Below, one piece after another: positions 51,693 to 64,000 of a stretch of DNA of 64,000 bases. The DNA is taken from NCBI RefSeq assembly GCF_009914755.1, contig NC_060933.1; one strand, 5' to 3'. How positions within the stretch are numbered: position 1 is the first letter of the stretch; the number at the start of each line of letters is the position of its first letter. The notes beneath the pieces were generated by a model, which worked only from the letters and a program-made list of their open reading frames with translations, was not told the origin of the DNA and made no database searches. The translations under genes were made by a program, and so were the position numbers. The DNA is from the human T2T-CHM13v2.0 reference genome, Homo sapiens.

Positions 51693-52859
51693 CTAATATG
51701 ATTATCAAGTATGTGTTTTTAAAACAAAGACAAAAAAGATGAACAGATATAAGATTAGGTTGTGTGCTGTAGCAAAGGTGGATTTGACCTTTTTTTAAGT
51801 TAAGAATTTTGATAATCTACCATACATTTTTAAATTCTTTCTTGCATTAACTTTATCTCTGGATAAAAAATTCAGGCCACCCGTAAGTAAATAGAAACAG
51901 TAGGCATAAATACACAAAAGGAAAGTTATATTAAAATTCTGCAGAAATGTAACAAGAATAAAAAAGCTGAACTGGATTTTTAGGATGTTCTACACTCAGC
52001 TTTTATGAGAAACAGACAAATGACAATCTCATGCCAAGGATTTGTTTTAAAAGGCTGTATAACAGGTAGACCATTGACTAACACATGTTTTACCACCTTT
52101 ATCTTCAGAGTACTGCAGACAAATGATATTCATAATGACTCTACACGATACTGAAATGGTATCTGAATATTAACAACTAAATTCTGACCAGTTATGATTT
52201 AAAACATTTAGCTATTTATTGATTGTTATTTTTTTAAAAACTTGGAATGTGCATTATATGTATATTTAACTATAAAGTCACTGAACATTTAATTAACATA
52301 TGTCCTGTTTTTCAATCATTACTAGGAGTAATCTTTATAGAAATACAAGTAGCAACCATTACCACAAATGAATTCTCATAAGAAACAGTTATTCAAGTCT
52401 TTTTCTCTCTCTCTTTGTCAAACGCATGTGCACACACACACACACACACACACACACTTTGTATGCCTGTGGATTGTGTGAGAGAGAGAATGAGCCTGTA
52501 AATACAGAATTATATCAGAATTCTTGTAGCAAATAAGCTATCAGGAAAATTGAGCCAACTTAGTCTTGGTCTTGTGAAGGACATTTTCTCTTTTCTGACC
52601 TAGTCTTTTCTATTAAGTGAAAGATGTCACACAATGACCACTCATCTATTTTTGATGGATACATGAATTGTACATTACATGGAAAGAAGAGAGAAAATAA
52701 TCCTAATTTTATATAATGTACAGGTTAGAAAGCCTGATACAGACTAATATAAAATTAATGCTTTGAATAAATTTGTTTATACTATTGCTCTGTTAGTGTT
52801 GCTACTTTTGGTTTGTTTTTCAATTGTTTTTCCAATATGTATTTAGTTTGATTTTTAAT

Positions 52860-52980
52860 AATCTTCTCTCTCTCTTTTTTCTTTTCTTCTCCTTTACCTC
52901 TTGCTCCTCTTCCTTACTCTCCTTGCCTTCCTCCTCAGTCTCCTCATCCTCATCTTCCTCCTCATCCTCTTTCTTTGTTT
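52860..52980. repeat. Pyrimidine-rich (TCC/TC) low-complexity tract
   Basis: Direct reading. Confidence 0.85.
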
Positions 52981-54659
52981 TCATTACAAAATAAAATAAG
53001 CAATCAGAAAAGTTCATACAGATATTGTTACTTATCTTTAGGGACCTGGATCTAACTTAGTGCTGTTGCTTCTGTTTCTTCCCTTTTGTCCTCCTCTTCT
53101 TTTTCTCCTTTGTGTTCTGTTTTACTTTTTAAAAATAGATGCCACAACTCTGATTTTTAATCTGATTGTGTAAATGATCCTTAATAGTAAAATCAATTTT
53201 AATATCTTATAAAACAGAAGCACAGCAAAGCATTTTGCAGAATTTACCATAAAGTAAATAATAACCATTCCTAGTATGATAATGCTGCAGCAATTTTTCT
53301 TTCATCCTCTGCAACATTTTTATCTGACACAGTCTCTGCTGTTTCCAAGTTCAACGTCCTGCAGCAAGCCTTGCCAGCAATACAGAATACTTTCAATTAG
53401 TAGTTCTCTACTTCTCTGGTCTCTAAGCAACTGACCTGTGGTGAAGAATACATAATGATCTGCATAGACACCTTAGAGCAATAGAAAGTATAAGCTTCAC
53501 AAGTTTCATTTGCTCTCTTGTGTTGATGTTACAATAACCAGTTAAATGCATGGAAATATTTGATAGTAGTTTGCTATAATAAACTTTAATAAAGATTAAA
53601 AGAAGCCTTGGAGAAAGGTAGAAATAAACACAACATAAAATATTGTATTTGTCATTTGTTCATGTATGTCATTTTATTGTTTATAGGGAGGGCAAGCAAT
53701 CAGGTTAATATTTTATTAAATGTTTATATTCTAGCTACTGTTTAAGACAGAATTCATCAAGTAGCAGAAGTGATGGAAGGGCCAAGGGGAAGAAAGATGG
53801 ACAAAACCTGAAAATTGAAAGTGCAATAAAATGAAAATTACAAATGAAAACCAGTATGCCTGAGTTATACATGACTGTTTAGTAGAGTGTCTTCATGTGG
53901 GTTAAAGAAGAAAAGGAAATACCAGCTGGAATCAGCAGAACAGATTTAGCACTTGACCCTTGGATACTTTTCATTCTATTTATCTATCATATTTTTATTG
54001 GTTTGTATTCCATTGACTACTATATGCACCGACCCTCAGCAAATTCATTCAATAGAGAGGAGAGATTATATCTCCACTGTATCAGTGGAGCTGCTTAGGA
54101 ACATTTCTCCCGCTTCTTGCATGTATTTTGTCCTATTTGTACATTGTATTTTATGAGCTGCTTTAGAATAGTAGAATAACTTTCCTTTATATGGTATAGA
54201 ACTTTTGATATATCTCAAATAAATTTTTAAAAAATGATCAATTGAAATGTATGTTCTCATACTGTATGTGCAAATATCAGTAGTACAAACACTAAGGATT
54301 AATGAAAATGAAAATCCTAATATATTAAACTTAGAAAAATAGACTAAATATTTACTGAAAAGAAACAGATAACCAAAATTTCGTGATACACAATGAAAAG
54401 CCTTGAGACATTAAAGAGGACTTTCACTGCCTTTGATGATGTCATCCTTTACCTATTAAGTTCTTCTAGCATGGTAACTAGAACTAAACTTTTAACTTCC
54501 TTTTAAACCACACACTGAATGCATCTGTGAAAAAGACCTGCATACTACAAGGTAACTTTAATTACATATCTTCTGTGGGGTCCGTGCTTTTAGTTTAGTA
54601 TAGGTTTATGCAAAGTGATACTATTGGTAATGTGTAATTTAAACACACACACAAACTAA

Positions 54660-56450
54660 TAGGCCCTGCCGCCTATCAATGTCTGGGTGATATCAGAGAA
54701 GGCCGTGTGGGAATCTAGAACTTTCTTCTCTGCCAGGTAGTTACAATGTGCCCCGTCCTTCTCCACCAGATTCCTTAGGTGTCAAAGTAAACTAAGTGAG
54801 AAGTTGGAACTTTCACCATCATCTAGTGGTAAAAAGGTCCAAGGCCTCCTGATGTTTGCCTTCCCTTCAGTGTAGGCCATAGTGGGAGCAGAAACAAGAA
54901 AAAAATCCCCCACTCTCCAAAGGTGGTTGAGCAGGGATAAATTTTTATCACCACCTAGCAATAACAAGGCACCCCCACTTTCACCATGTGTGGTGTCACA
55001 GGAGGTTTATTTCCAAGAGTTAAAATACAGAGCCTCATAGCATAATATCCAAATTACCCTAGATACGTTGAAAATTACTCAGCATATCAAGCACCAGAAA
55101 AAAAATCTCATCTTGAATGAGATAACACATGCCAACACAGTGATAACACATAAATTAGATTTATTCACAAGGATTTTAAAGCCACCACCATAAAAATGTT
55201 TTAATGAGCAATTGCAAATATGCTGGAACAAATGAAACAATGGAAAGCTTTACAAAGAAATAGAAGATGCCAAGAGACAAATAGAAATTTTGGCACCGAA
55301 AAATATAATTGAAACTTTAAAAAATACTTGATGGCTCAATAGGGTAATGGAGGAAATAGAGAAAAGAATAAGTGAACTTGAAAATAGGACATTAAAAATT
55401 TACTAATCCAAAGACCAGAGGGAGTATAGACTGAAAATGAAAAAAAAAAAAAGAACAGAGCCTCAAGGACCTATAAGACTATAGCAAAAAATCTACTATT
55501 CATGTCATCAGAGTCCTAGAAGGAAAGGCAAAAGTGGGTTGGGCTAAAAATATATTTGAAAAAATAATGTCCAAAACGTTTTCGAGTTTGGCAAAAGACA
55601 TACAACTACAGATTCAAGAAATGAGAAAATCTAAAACGGGACAGATACAAAAAAATCAACAAAGAAACAGGTCAATTTCAGAAAACAGCAGAAGAAAAAA
55701 TCTTGGAAACAGTGAGGTAAAACAATGCTTCATCTCTCCAGAAGAAAAACAATTTGAATGACAATGATTTCCTGTCAGAAATAATGGTGGCCAAAAGGAA
55801 GTGATATATTTCTCAAGTACTGCAAAACAAGAACTGTCAATCCAGAATTCTGTATTAGGCAAAAATGTCCTTTAGAAATGAAGGAGAATTAAATAAATTC
55901 TCAGAAGAAGAAAAATTAAGAATTGGTTGCAAACAGACCTACCCTAAAGAAAAGCAAAAAGTTCTTGAAACATAAAATGAATAAGGGGCCTGAAATCATC
56001 AGAAAAATGTAAGAGTAACAGAAAGAGCAAAAATATGAATAAGTACAACAGATTTTTCTTCTTGAGTTTTCTAAATTATGTTTGACTTTTGAATCAAAAA
56101 CTGTAACATCGAAATGGTTATCAATACCTAAATGAAAAATTTTTTAAATTATATAAACAAGGATGGGTAAAGAGACTTCCAACGAGATAAGATTTTTACA
56201 CTTCACTAGAAGTGTTAGATATTTTGATAGTGGTAGTGGTCACAAGAATTTACACATGTAATAAAATGACAGATGTATGCATACACATTTTTTCAATGTC
56301 AATTTCTTGGTTTTAATGTTTTACTGTAGCTACAAAAAAAATGTAACCACTGGGGAAACTAGGTGAAGAGTATGAGAGACCTCTCTGTACTATATTTGCA
56401 ACCTTCTGTAAATCTATAATAATTTCAAATCAACAGTTAAAAAATAAAAA
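54660..56450 (+). mobile_element. Ancient L1M fragments
   Basis: gaaaagaataagtgaacttgaaaatagg, gtcaatccagaattctgtat, tgcaaccttctgtaaatctataataatttcaaa. Confidence 0.7.
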
Positions 56451-58142
56451 TATATCTAATAGACCAATAGTTTCATATGGAGGGCAGAATGATTTAAAAA
56501 AATGAGATATTTTGTTTATGCATACCTGTAAAGGCATCCATGAAAGGTATTATTAACATTTGAAATTATGTAAGTCCAATGCTGCAGGAACATGGGCATA
56601 CTATAGCTTATTTTAGATGCTTTAGAAAGCCAAAGTCATCTCTGGTAAGTTCTACATTGATGATAATAACCTGAGAGACTTCTCAGTCTCCAAAATTGCA
56701 CTATTTCTAAAATATAAGTAAATATTCCCTTCATCCTAAATCTTTCAAAGTTTAAGAATGTCATTGATAGTCTTCGCTTTAGAGGAAAATACAGAGATCA
56801 AGAAAAAAGGTCTGGAAAAATGAAAAAAATAATTTTAAAAGCTTCCTCAGAGAGAAAGAGTTTCAGACGGATATAGTTTAACTATATTAACTCAGCCATG
56901 AATTTCTTACTTCTCTTCTAGTACCGGTTACTCTTTTGCTGAATGAATCTACCTTATGAACACAAGTTAAAAAAAATGTACCCATGATAAGTAAAACATT
57001 ATTAAATACAGCTATTTTTATAAAAGTTTCAAGTCAAAAATGGATCCATTTCTGTTCTTCTTCTTACAGGGAGTTGCTTATTTCCCATCCTTCATTAAAA
57101 GGGCCAAAAAGTATACTCATCTGTAGTAGAGAATATGCATAATGTTTATTAACTCATGCTTATTATAATGTTAACACATTATCTGCCACTCCAAGAATGT
57201 GGGCATATTTAGAAAATGTTCAATATGGTATCTATAAATTATTCTATGGCAGACTTTGATTTAATTCTTTTCATCTTCATTTAATAACAGTGGAGTGGTT
57301 CTTAATATCATATTTTCATTATTTGCATGTCCTTTGCAAGAAGGCTTGGGAACCTATTTACCCCAAAATAAGTTCCAAACAGGTCAGACTTCTAATTGTT
57401 CATACAAATAACTAAGGATTAGAAATATAGATGCTATACAATTCTAATATAAATCTTTTGGTATTAACCCCTCACCGTTGAAAACACATTAACTGACTTG
57501 TAGTGTTTGATCGTTTCCACACAAAGAAGATGGATCACTGTATGTCTCTTAATATCTACATAGCCTTAAACCAGAAGATAGAACATGATTGTTCAGGAGA
57601 GTCACATGATTTCAATCAAATTATTGTAAGTATGTCATTTGAGCAGAAATAACACAATGTGCAGAATACTGCAAGTGAATTTTCTTTTCGCCAAATAGTG
57701 TGAGCTAAATCATGTTTACTATAGTGATAATATTAATTATTCGATGGATATGCTAGAATTATTCTACTGATCTTATGTTGTTTTCTGACCACATTTTCCA
57801 AAACACTTTAAATTGTGCTTTACCCTTTCATACCCTTTTATTGTTTACTGATTCATTCCACAAATTAAAATTAACTATTGGTACTAATGTGTACTGAAAC
57901 AAAAAACAATAATGTCACTTCAGATTGTGACTGATTCTTAAAATATTCTCCATGGTCTTCATGGCCTAATGGTTTTAAGTTATACACACAGTATTTCACT
58001 TAAAATATTATGGAAAGCAGCACCTGGAGCTTTAAACAAGTTACTTAGTTTATATCTGTAGTTTATAAATCATGATGTGTTAAACTTTATTATGATCTTA
58101 CAATTTGAATTTAATTCTTTTATAATGTCTCTAGGTCCTCCT

Positions 58143-58188
58143 GATGATAGATAGATAGATAGATAGATGATAGATAGATAGATAGATA
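58143..58188. repeat. (GATA)n tetranucleotide STR
   Basis: Direct reading. Confidence 0.95.
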
Positions 58189-58785
58189 TTTTCCTTTTAG
58201 AAAACCTCTTGTTTTTCTCATATCCCACTCTCTGACAGCATTATATTCAAGAGCAAGGGTGGGAAATGTGTTTACTGCCAAGGTATTAGATAGCTAGGTT
58301 AAATGCCAAAATTAAACTGATATAAAAAGTAATACAGAAACAAGAAAAAAAAGTGGAAAATGAAAACATAACCTTGTAAAGTTTTTATTCTAATATACAG
58401 GTATGTTAATGAAAATAATAGAATGGTTTCTGAAAGACATAAATGGACAGTATTGTTTTATGAATACATCAGTAAGAAAATACTTTAACAGGAACGGGAA
58501 ATTCTCCAGGTTCAGTGTGAGATTTCCACCTATAATTTTCATTTGGCTGGCGAGACTGACTTGCGTTACTTGAGTTATGCTATTTTAAAAGTATTTGTCA
58601 CCAGTATGTATCCCTTCTTTGATATTTTTCCTCCCTTCTACAGTGACTTTTAAAATCCAAATCTAATCAAGCTGCCACTGAGGACATATTGTTATATTAA
58701 ACATACAAATGTTTAAGCCTTATTAAATACAGACTGGGTTTCAGTAAATCAGAAATGGTTAAACAAAACAAAACAAAAAAAAAGA

Positions 58786-59122
<337 letters not shown>

Positions 59123-60539
59123 CTAATTATTTATATTGTGCTAAATAAAATTCCCAGTTCCAAAACCAAAATGTAATGACTGCACCATTTTTCACTTTTT
59201 CTAGATGTGGTCAGAGACTTTAAATGAGAGAAATGATACATGCATATACTTGGAGAGTAATAGGTATTGCTGAATAATATAAAGTTTGAGAATACACTTT
59301 TGCTTAAAACGTAAAATTGGTGATTTATATTATTTTATTTTTAAATGTAGAAATAGCTAAAGTATAAATTTTGTATAATGCAAGTGCTTTTCCTAGGTTT
59401 TAGTTTTGTTTTAATTTAGGAGTAAGGGTAAAGAAGCTATTTATAAATAGTACTAAGTCCGTGTGTTCTTTTCTCTAAATACATCTTGATGTGTTACGAA
59501 GATCAAATGTTCTGAAAAAGCAAATTTCCTCTAAACCTGAGTCCTCTCTTTCACTAGCAGAGAGAAAAAGTCTCTGCTAAAGTTACTGGATGAAAACAGA
59601 AACTGTATACTTGACTCTATTAAAGGAAAAAATAAAATGTTTTTTATAATATTAAGTCAACTTGAAATAAAAGAAAAAAGTTAGCTATTCAGGCCTGTCC
59701 CTAACATTTGTGGAAGTTCAGAAGTATTGCAAATCTAGACCCACATATTAATGACTACATATTTATAAGACATCAATCAAGCTTAAGAACTGTTAAAGTG
59801 TATTGAAATTCCTACATTGACAACTTCATAACAACTTAAAAAATTAAATTGAAATCTGCATTCTTGGACTGCCAAGAGAGGTCCACAATGGAATGTGAGG
59901 ATTGGAAAGAGGCCCCAGGTCATAGCCAATTTCATTCTCTTTCCACCCCTCTTTCCATCTTGCTGGATGAGGGGTTTGTTACATCCAAGATACTGCAGCC
60001 TATTTGTCCAGCATCTCCTCATGAGACATCCCTTTGACCAAGGGTTGTACACACCAGTCCACCTTCAAAAAGGCTGATGTAGGGAATGGCCTTGAATAGA
60101 CCTTGAAAGCAATCTTAGGACCTTTTATTTCTCCTAAAGAGGAATCCAGAGTCTTGAGTATTGGTACATTGGCATAGCACATGGATGGGCATGAGTCTTG
60201 TTTCACATGAGCACATTCACTTGTTTTGTGGACTCATCGCCACTTCCCCTTCTACTCTCCTTCCCAGCCCCCATGGGAGGAAGGTGAAAGTGGTTTGTGG
60301 TTCACTCTAAAGGGCTGGCCTAGAACCTGAGTTCCTCTTCCCTTTAGTCTAAGTTTAGCACTGCAACTATCTTGTTCCACTGTTCACATTTACCACGAAA
60401 TGGGTCAAACATACAAAGAGAGCCTAAAGACACTTTTAATACATATTCGTAAATGAAAGTTTATTAATAAAATTGAAGGAGACGTATCAACACATAGTCA
60501 CTTCTTTTCTAGAAAACACTCCCTACTTTATAGAATTGC

Positions 60540-61620
60540 TATGTGTATAGTTCCTCAGTAAGTGCTATGTGTGAACAGAAGATGTAGAATACAGATCTTT
60601 TATCTTCAGGTCACTTAATATCCAAGTCTGAACATAAGAAACATAAACACAAAAAAGTAACTTTCAGAAAAGTGCTATGCAATATATATTGGGGATCTTC
60701 TAAGGAGGGAGATGCCATCGTGGACTATGATGATCAAAGAAAGGTTAATAGAGCTTCCTATTATGTGATACTCTTCAACAATATGGGGAAGAGGAAAAGT
60801 GCATTATGGATTATTCAAAAGACAAGTGCAAATTTGGTGATAAGCATAGAAAACATTCAGAAGTATAGAATGCATACATTAGACAGAATAATGTGATTGT
60901 TTCAGAATATTTGAATATACAATTAGAAGTAAATGTTGGGACAAATTATGAAGGATTTAGAATATTAGATGTGAGAATTTGAACTTTATTCATAAATAAT
61001 CAAAAAAAGAAAATGATTGTAAATTGCTCAAAAAAGGGCTATCCATCAAAAGGAGAGTCAGGGAATAACATGTATTTTGTGCATTCAAAAAAAAATCAAA
61101 AGACTGTCTTCCACTTTCACCTTTTAAGTGTAAGGGTCACAGAAGGTAAAGAAAGTAGAAATAAATTTGAGAAATCATTGAAAAAAAGAATTTAAGTATA
61201 TGAGTAGGCATAGGCAAACCAAGGTAATGACAATGTCTGTGACCACAAATTTTTGATCAGTTTGACAATAGTACCTTTGACATAAATAGGAGAAACTTGA
61301 GTCAGGAACTTTGTCCTTTACTCATAGCACCTGGCATAAGAGCTGGAGCCAGTTTTATGTTTTTGCTAGTTTTTGTTTGTTTTCTTTATACATAAAACAA
61401 AGTAAAAAATGAAAATGGCCAGAAAAAAGTTGGAAATTTGAGACTGGATCTCAGGATAGGTATTATGATGTATTTTTAGTATACTCATTTACATAGAGAT
61501 GATGGTTTACACTATTTTGAGAAAAAGTAATGGTTTAGATGGAAAGTTAAAAATCAAGAAAAGAAATAAAGCATTAGACAGAAACAAAAATATTCAGGAT
61601 AGGTTCATGTTATAGAAGCC
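60540..61620 (-). mobile_element. Degraded L2
   Basis: gaatttgaactttattc, gaaatttgagactggatctcagga-like remnants. Confidence 0.45.
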
Positions 61621-63439
61621 TTAAAAGGACAGGTTGATAGATTTTAAAAATATTACAGTAAATAATAATGTTAGAAAGAAATTGATCACAAATTTCTCAC
61701 CAAACATGCTATCACAATCAGATTACCTCAAACCAGAATGTAATCAAAACCATTGCCTCTTTCTCTAACAACAAAGATTACTATTTACTACTGCTGTAGC
61801 ATTTTGATACCTTCAGGTCTATAGGAAAGGAATAAAACACCAAATGATTCTCAGCACAAAAATGGATAATGAATATCCATTTATTGTTATTAAAATAATG
61901 GGCATGATTATGCTAATAGGTAACATTCTTTCTTTAGTATGAAATTGCATTGTATTGTGTCTAAGAAAAAGTGTTGGTTGTTTTTGCAAAGTATAATTCA
62001 GGAGATTAATTGTATTCACCAATCCACAGTTTTCACTAATGAGAAGTGAACTGGAATTTGAAAGCACATACACTTTTCCCCTTAAACAATTGCCCACTCC
62101 ATTTTGCAAGCTGAGAAATGGAGAAAGAGGGATATCAATCTAGGTAAAGTCTGAGGTGCTACTTGTATTAACAGGACTCAGGAATCAAAAATCTGTACTT
62201 CCTCCCATAAAAAGGGGTGCGATTTTTCCCTGTAGACAGTGAGTTAATGTGGCTGCCTTCAAAGGCAAACAGACTTCAATGTGACTAGAAGAAAAGGACA
62301 ATGGAGTGTCCCCAAAAGAGAGGCATGTTTTTTAATGAATGAAAAACCAGAGATACTTTTCAAAATAATAGAATAACATGGCTTAGTTATTTTCATTACA
62401 TTACAATACATTTAGTAGACTGTCCTGTCCTTCAGAAATAAGAGCCACAGTGAAATGACAATAATACATAGTAACACTTTACTATGAGCCTAACACTAAA
62501 AATATTACTTTGTATTTATTGTTTTATTTAATTTTCACAAAAATATAATGCCTGTACTACCAATACACACTTTTGCAGATGAGAAAATTGTATCAGAAGA
62601 TGTAATGAAATTCTTCAACTTTACATACCTAATAACTGCTAAGATTGGCATTTGAATATACTTTGTCTGATTTTAGAGATTGTGACCTTAACCACTATGT
62701 CATACTTCCTTCCTGAAGTGTTACTGATTCACATAGACACACAAATCTGGGCTTGGCTAGGTTCCTTTTCCCAAAGAGAGAGATGGGAAAATCTACTCCT
62801 TAAATGGACTATCAAACCAAACTTTAGATATCTTAGTCACAGAATACTATAAGTTAGTATATTTTATTTCTTAGTAGGTTATTAATGAAAAATTTTAGGA
62901 AGAAACTTAAAGCATAACAACACATTGTTACAATAGGGAGTTAGAGATGAAATATTTTTAATAAAGGAAGGACTATGTAATAGTAGCCATATCAAGGAGG
63001 TCTTTTGGAATGGACTAGCATGAGTCTGCATTAGTACAGGAGGAACCACAGAGGATTAACAGCTTAAAGCTGATAGAGAATATTTGATGCTAGAGATAAA
63101 AGGAATTGATTGAATTTAAAGTTCTAGTGGAAAAGTTAGTCTGGACAATGGGCACTGAAAATTCAAGAATGGGTGATTTCAAATGTAGGAAAATGTGAGC
63201 TAGGATGATTTATAGGTACATAAAGGAGCTCTTTATAGATGGTCACTGATGGTTTCAATAAAGTAGAAATGAGTTCATTTGTCAAGAATAAAGAAATTGG
63301 GACCATTGGGAGCTTAAGGTGATTAGGCAAAGCTTGGCATAGATGCTGACAGAAGTGTATCAGAAACGTAACAGGTCCAATCTTACTGATCTACCTTTAT
63401 TGATTCATTTGTTTACTTGTTCATTCACTTTTTATTTAA

Positions 63440-64000
63440 CAAAGAATTTAGTCATAACATTTTATATTATATTTATGTATATATTTAAATTATATTTATA
63501 TTTATTTAGCTCCCCACCCCACAACAGGCCCCAGTGTGTGATGTTCCCCTGCCTGTGTCCATGTGTTCTCGTTTTTCAACTCCCACTTATGAGTGAGAAC
63601 ATGCGATATTTGTTTTTCTGTTCCTGTGTATTTTTGCTGAGAATGATGGTTTCCCACTTCATCTGTGTCCCCAGGAAGGACATGAACTAATCCTTTTTAT
63701 GGTTGCATAGTATTCCATGGTGTATATGTTTCACATTTTCTTTATCCAGTCTGTCATTGATGAGCATTTTTGTTGGTCCCAAGTCTTTGCTATTGTGAAT
63801 ACTGCTGCGTAAACATACATGTGCATGTGTCTTTATAGTAGAATGATTTATAATCCTGTGGGTATATACCCAGTAAAGGGATTCCTGGGTCAAATGATAT
63901 ATCTGGTTCTAGATCCTTGAGGAATCACCACATTGTCTTCCACAATGGTTGAACTAATATACATTCCCACCAACAGTGTAAAAGCGTTCCTATTTCTCCA
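63440..64000 (-). mobile_element. L1PA 3' end (continues past window edge)
   Basis: caggccccagtgtgtgatgttcccctgcctgtgtccatgtgttctc...ggttgaactaat. Confidence 0.92.

Noticed and set aside
52820-53017. Acidic/basic ORF (EDEEEDEDEE...KKRKKR)
   Set aside because: Translation of a pyrimidine-rich simple repeat; no splice or homology support
59556-59580. 9-bp hairpin tagcagaga...tctctgcta
   Set aside because: Expected by chance in 64 kb; no supporting context

Overview
Human (primate) genomic DNA that reads as a mosaic segmental duplication of three blocks. (1) ~1-2000: AT-rich MTHFD1L-derived sequence with one intact 108-bp late exon on the minus strand. (2) ~2100-23850: GC/Alu-rich, complete 8-exon unprocessed copy of aquaporin-7 on the plus strand. 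It keeps the promoter (PPRE), all GT-AG splice sites and the poly(A) signal, but is disabled by a TGA at codon 29 (inside a 12-nt net insertion) and a +1 C frameshift just after the NPS motif. It is an AQP7P-family pseudogene; the exact paralogue cannot be fixed from sequence alone. (3) ~23900-64000: AT-rich, gene-poor, repeat-dense sequence (near full-length older L1PA carrying a 5'-inverted L1PA2, ERV1 LTR, LTR12, MaLR LTRs, L1M, L2, Tigger1). I found no intact protein-coding gene and no convincing new multi-gene system. The most unusual unexplained structures are: a ~1.7-kb inverted duplication in AQP7P intron 2 whose arm identity jumps from ~83% to ~98% at an Alu insertion; a 268-bp templated copy bridging a deletion junction; and a clean splice-able exon pair beyond the duplication junction that could give chimeric AQP7P transcripts. 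Comparisons with canonical AQP7 and MTHFD1L are from memory, repeat boundaries and subfamilies were called by eye, and mismatch counts are manual.
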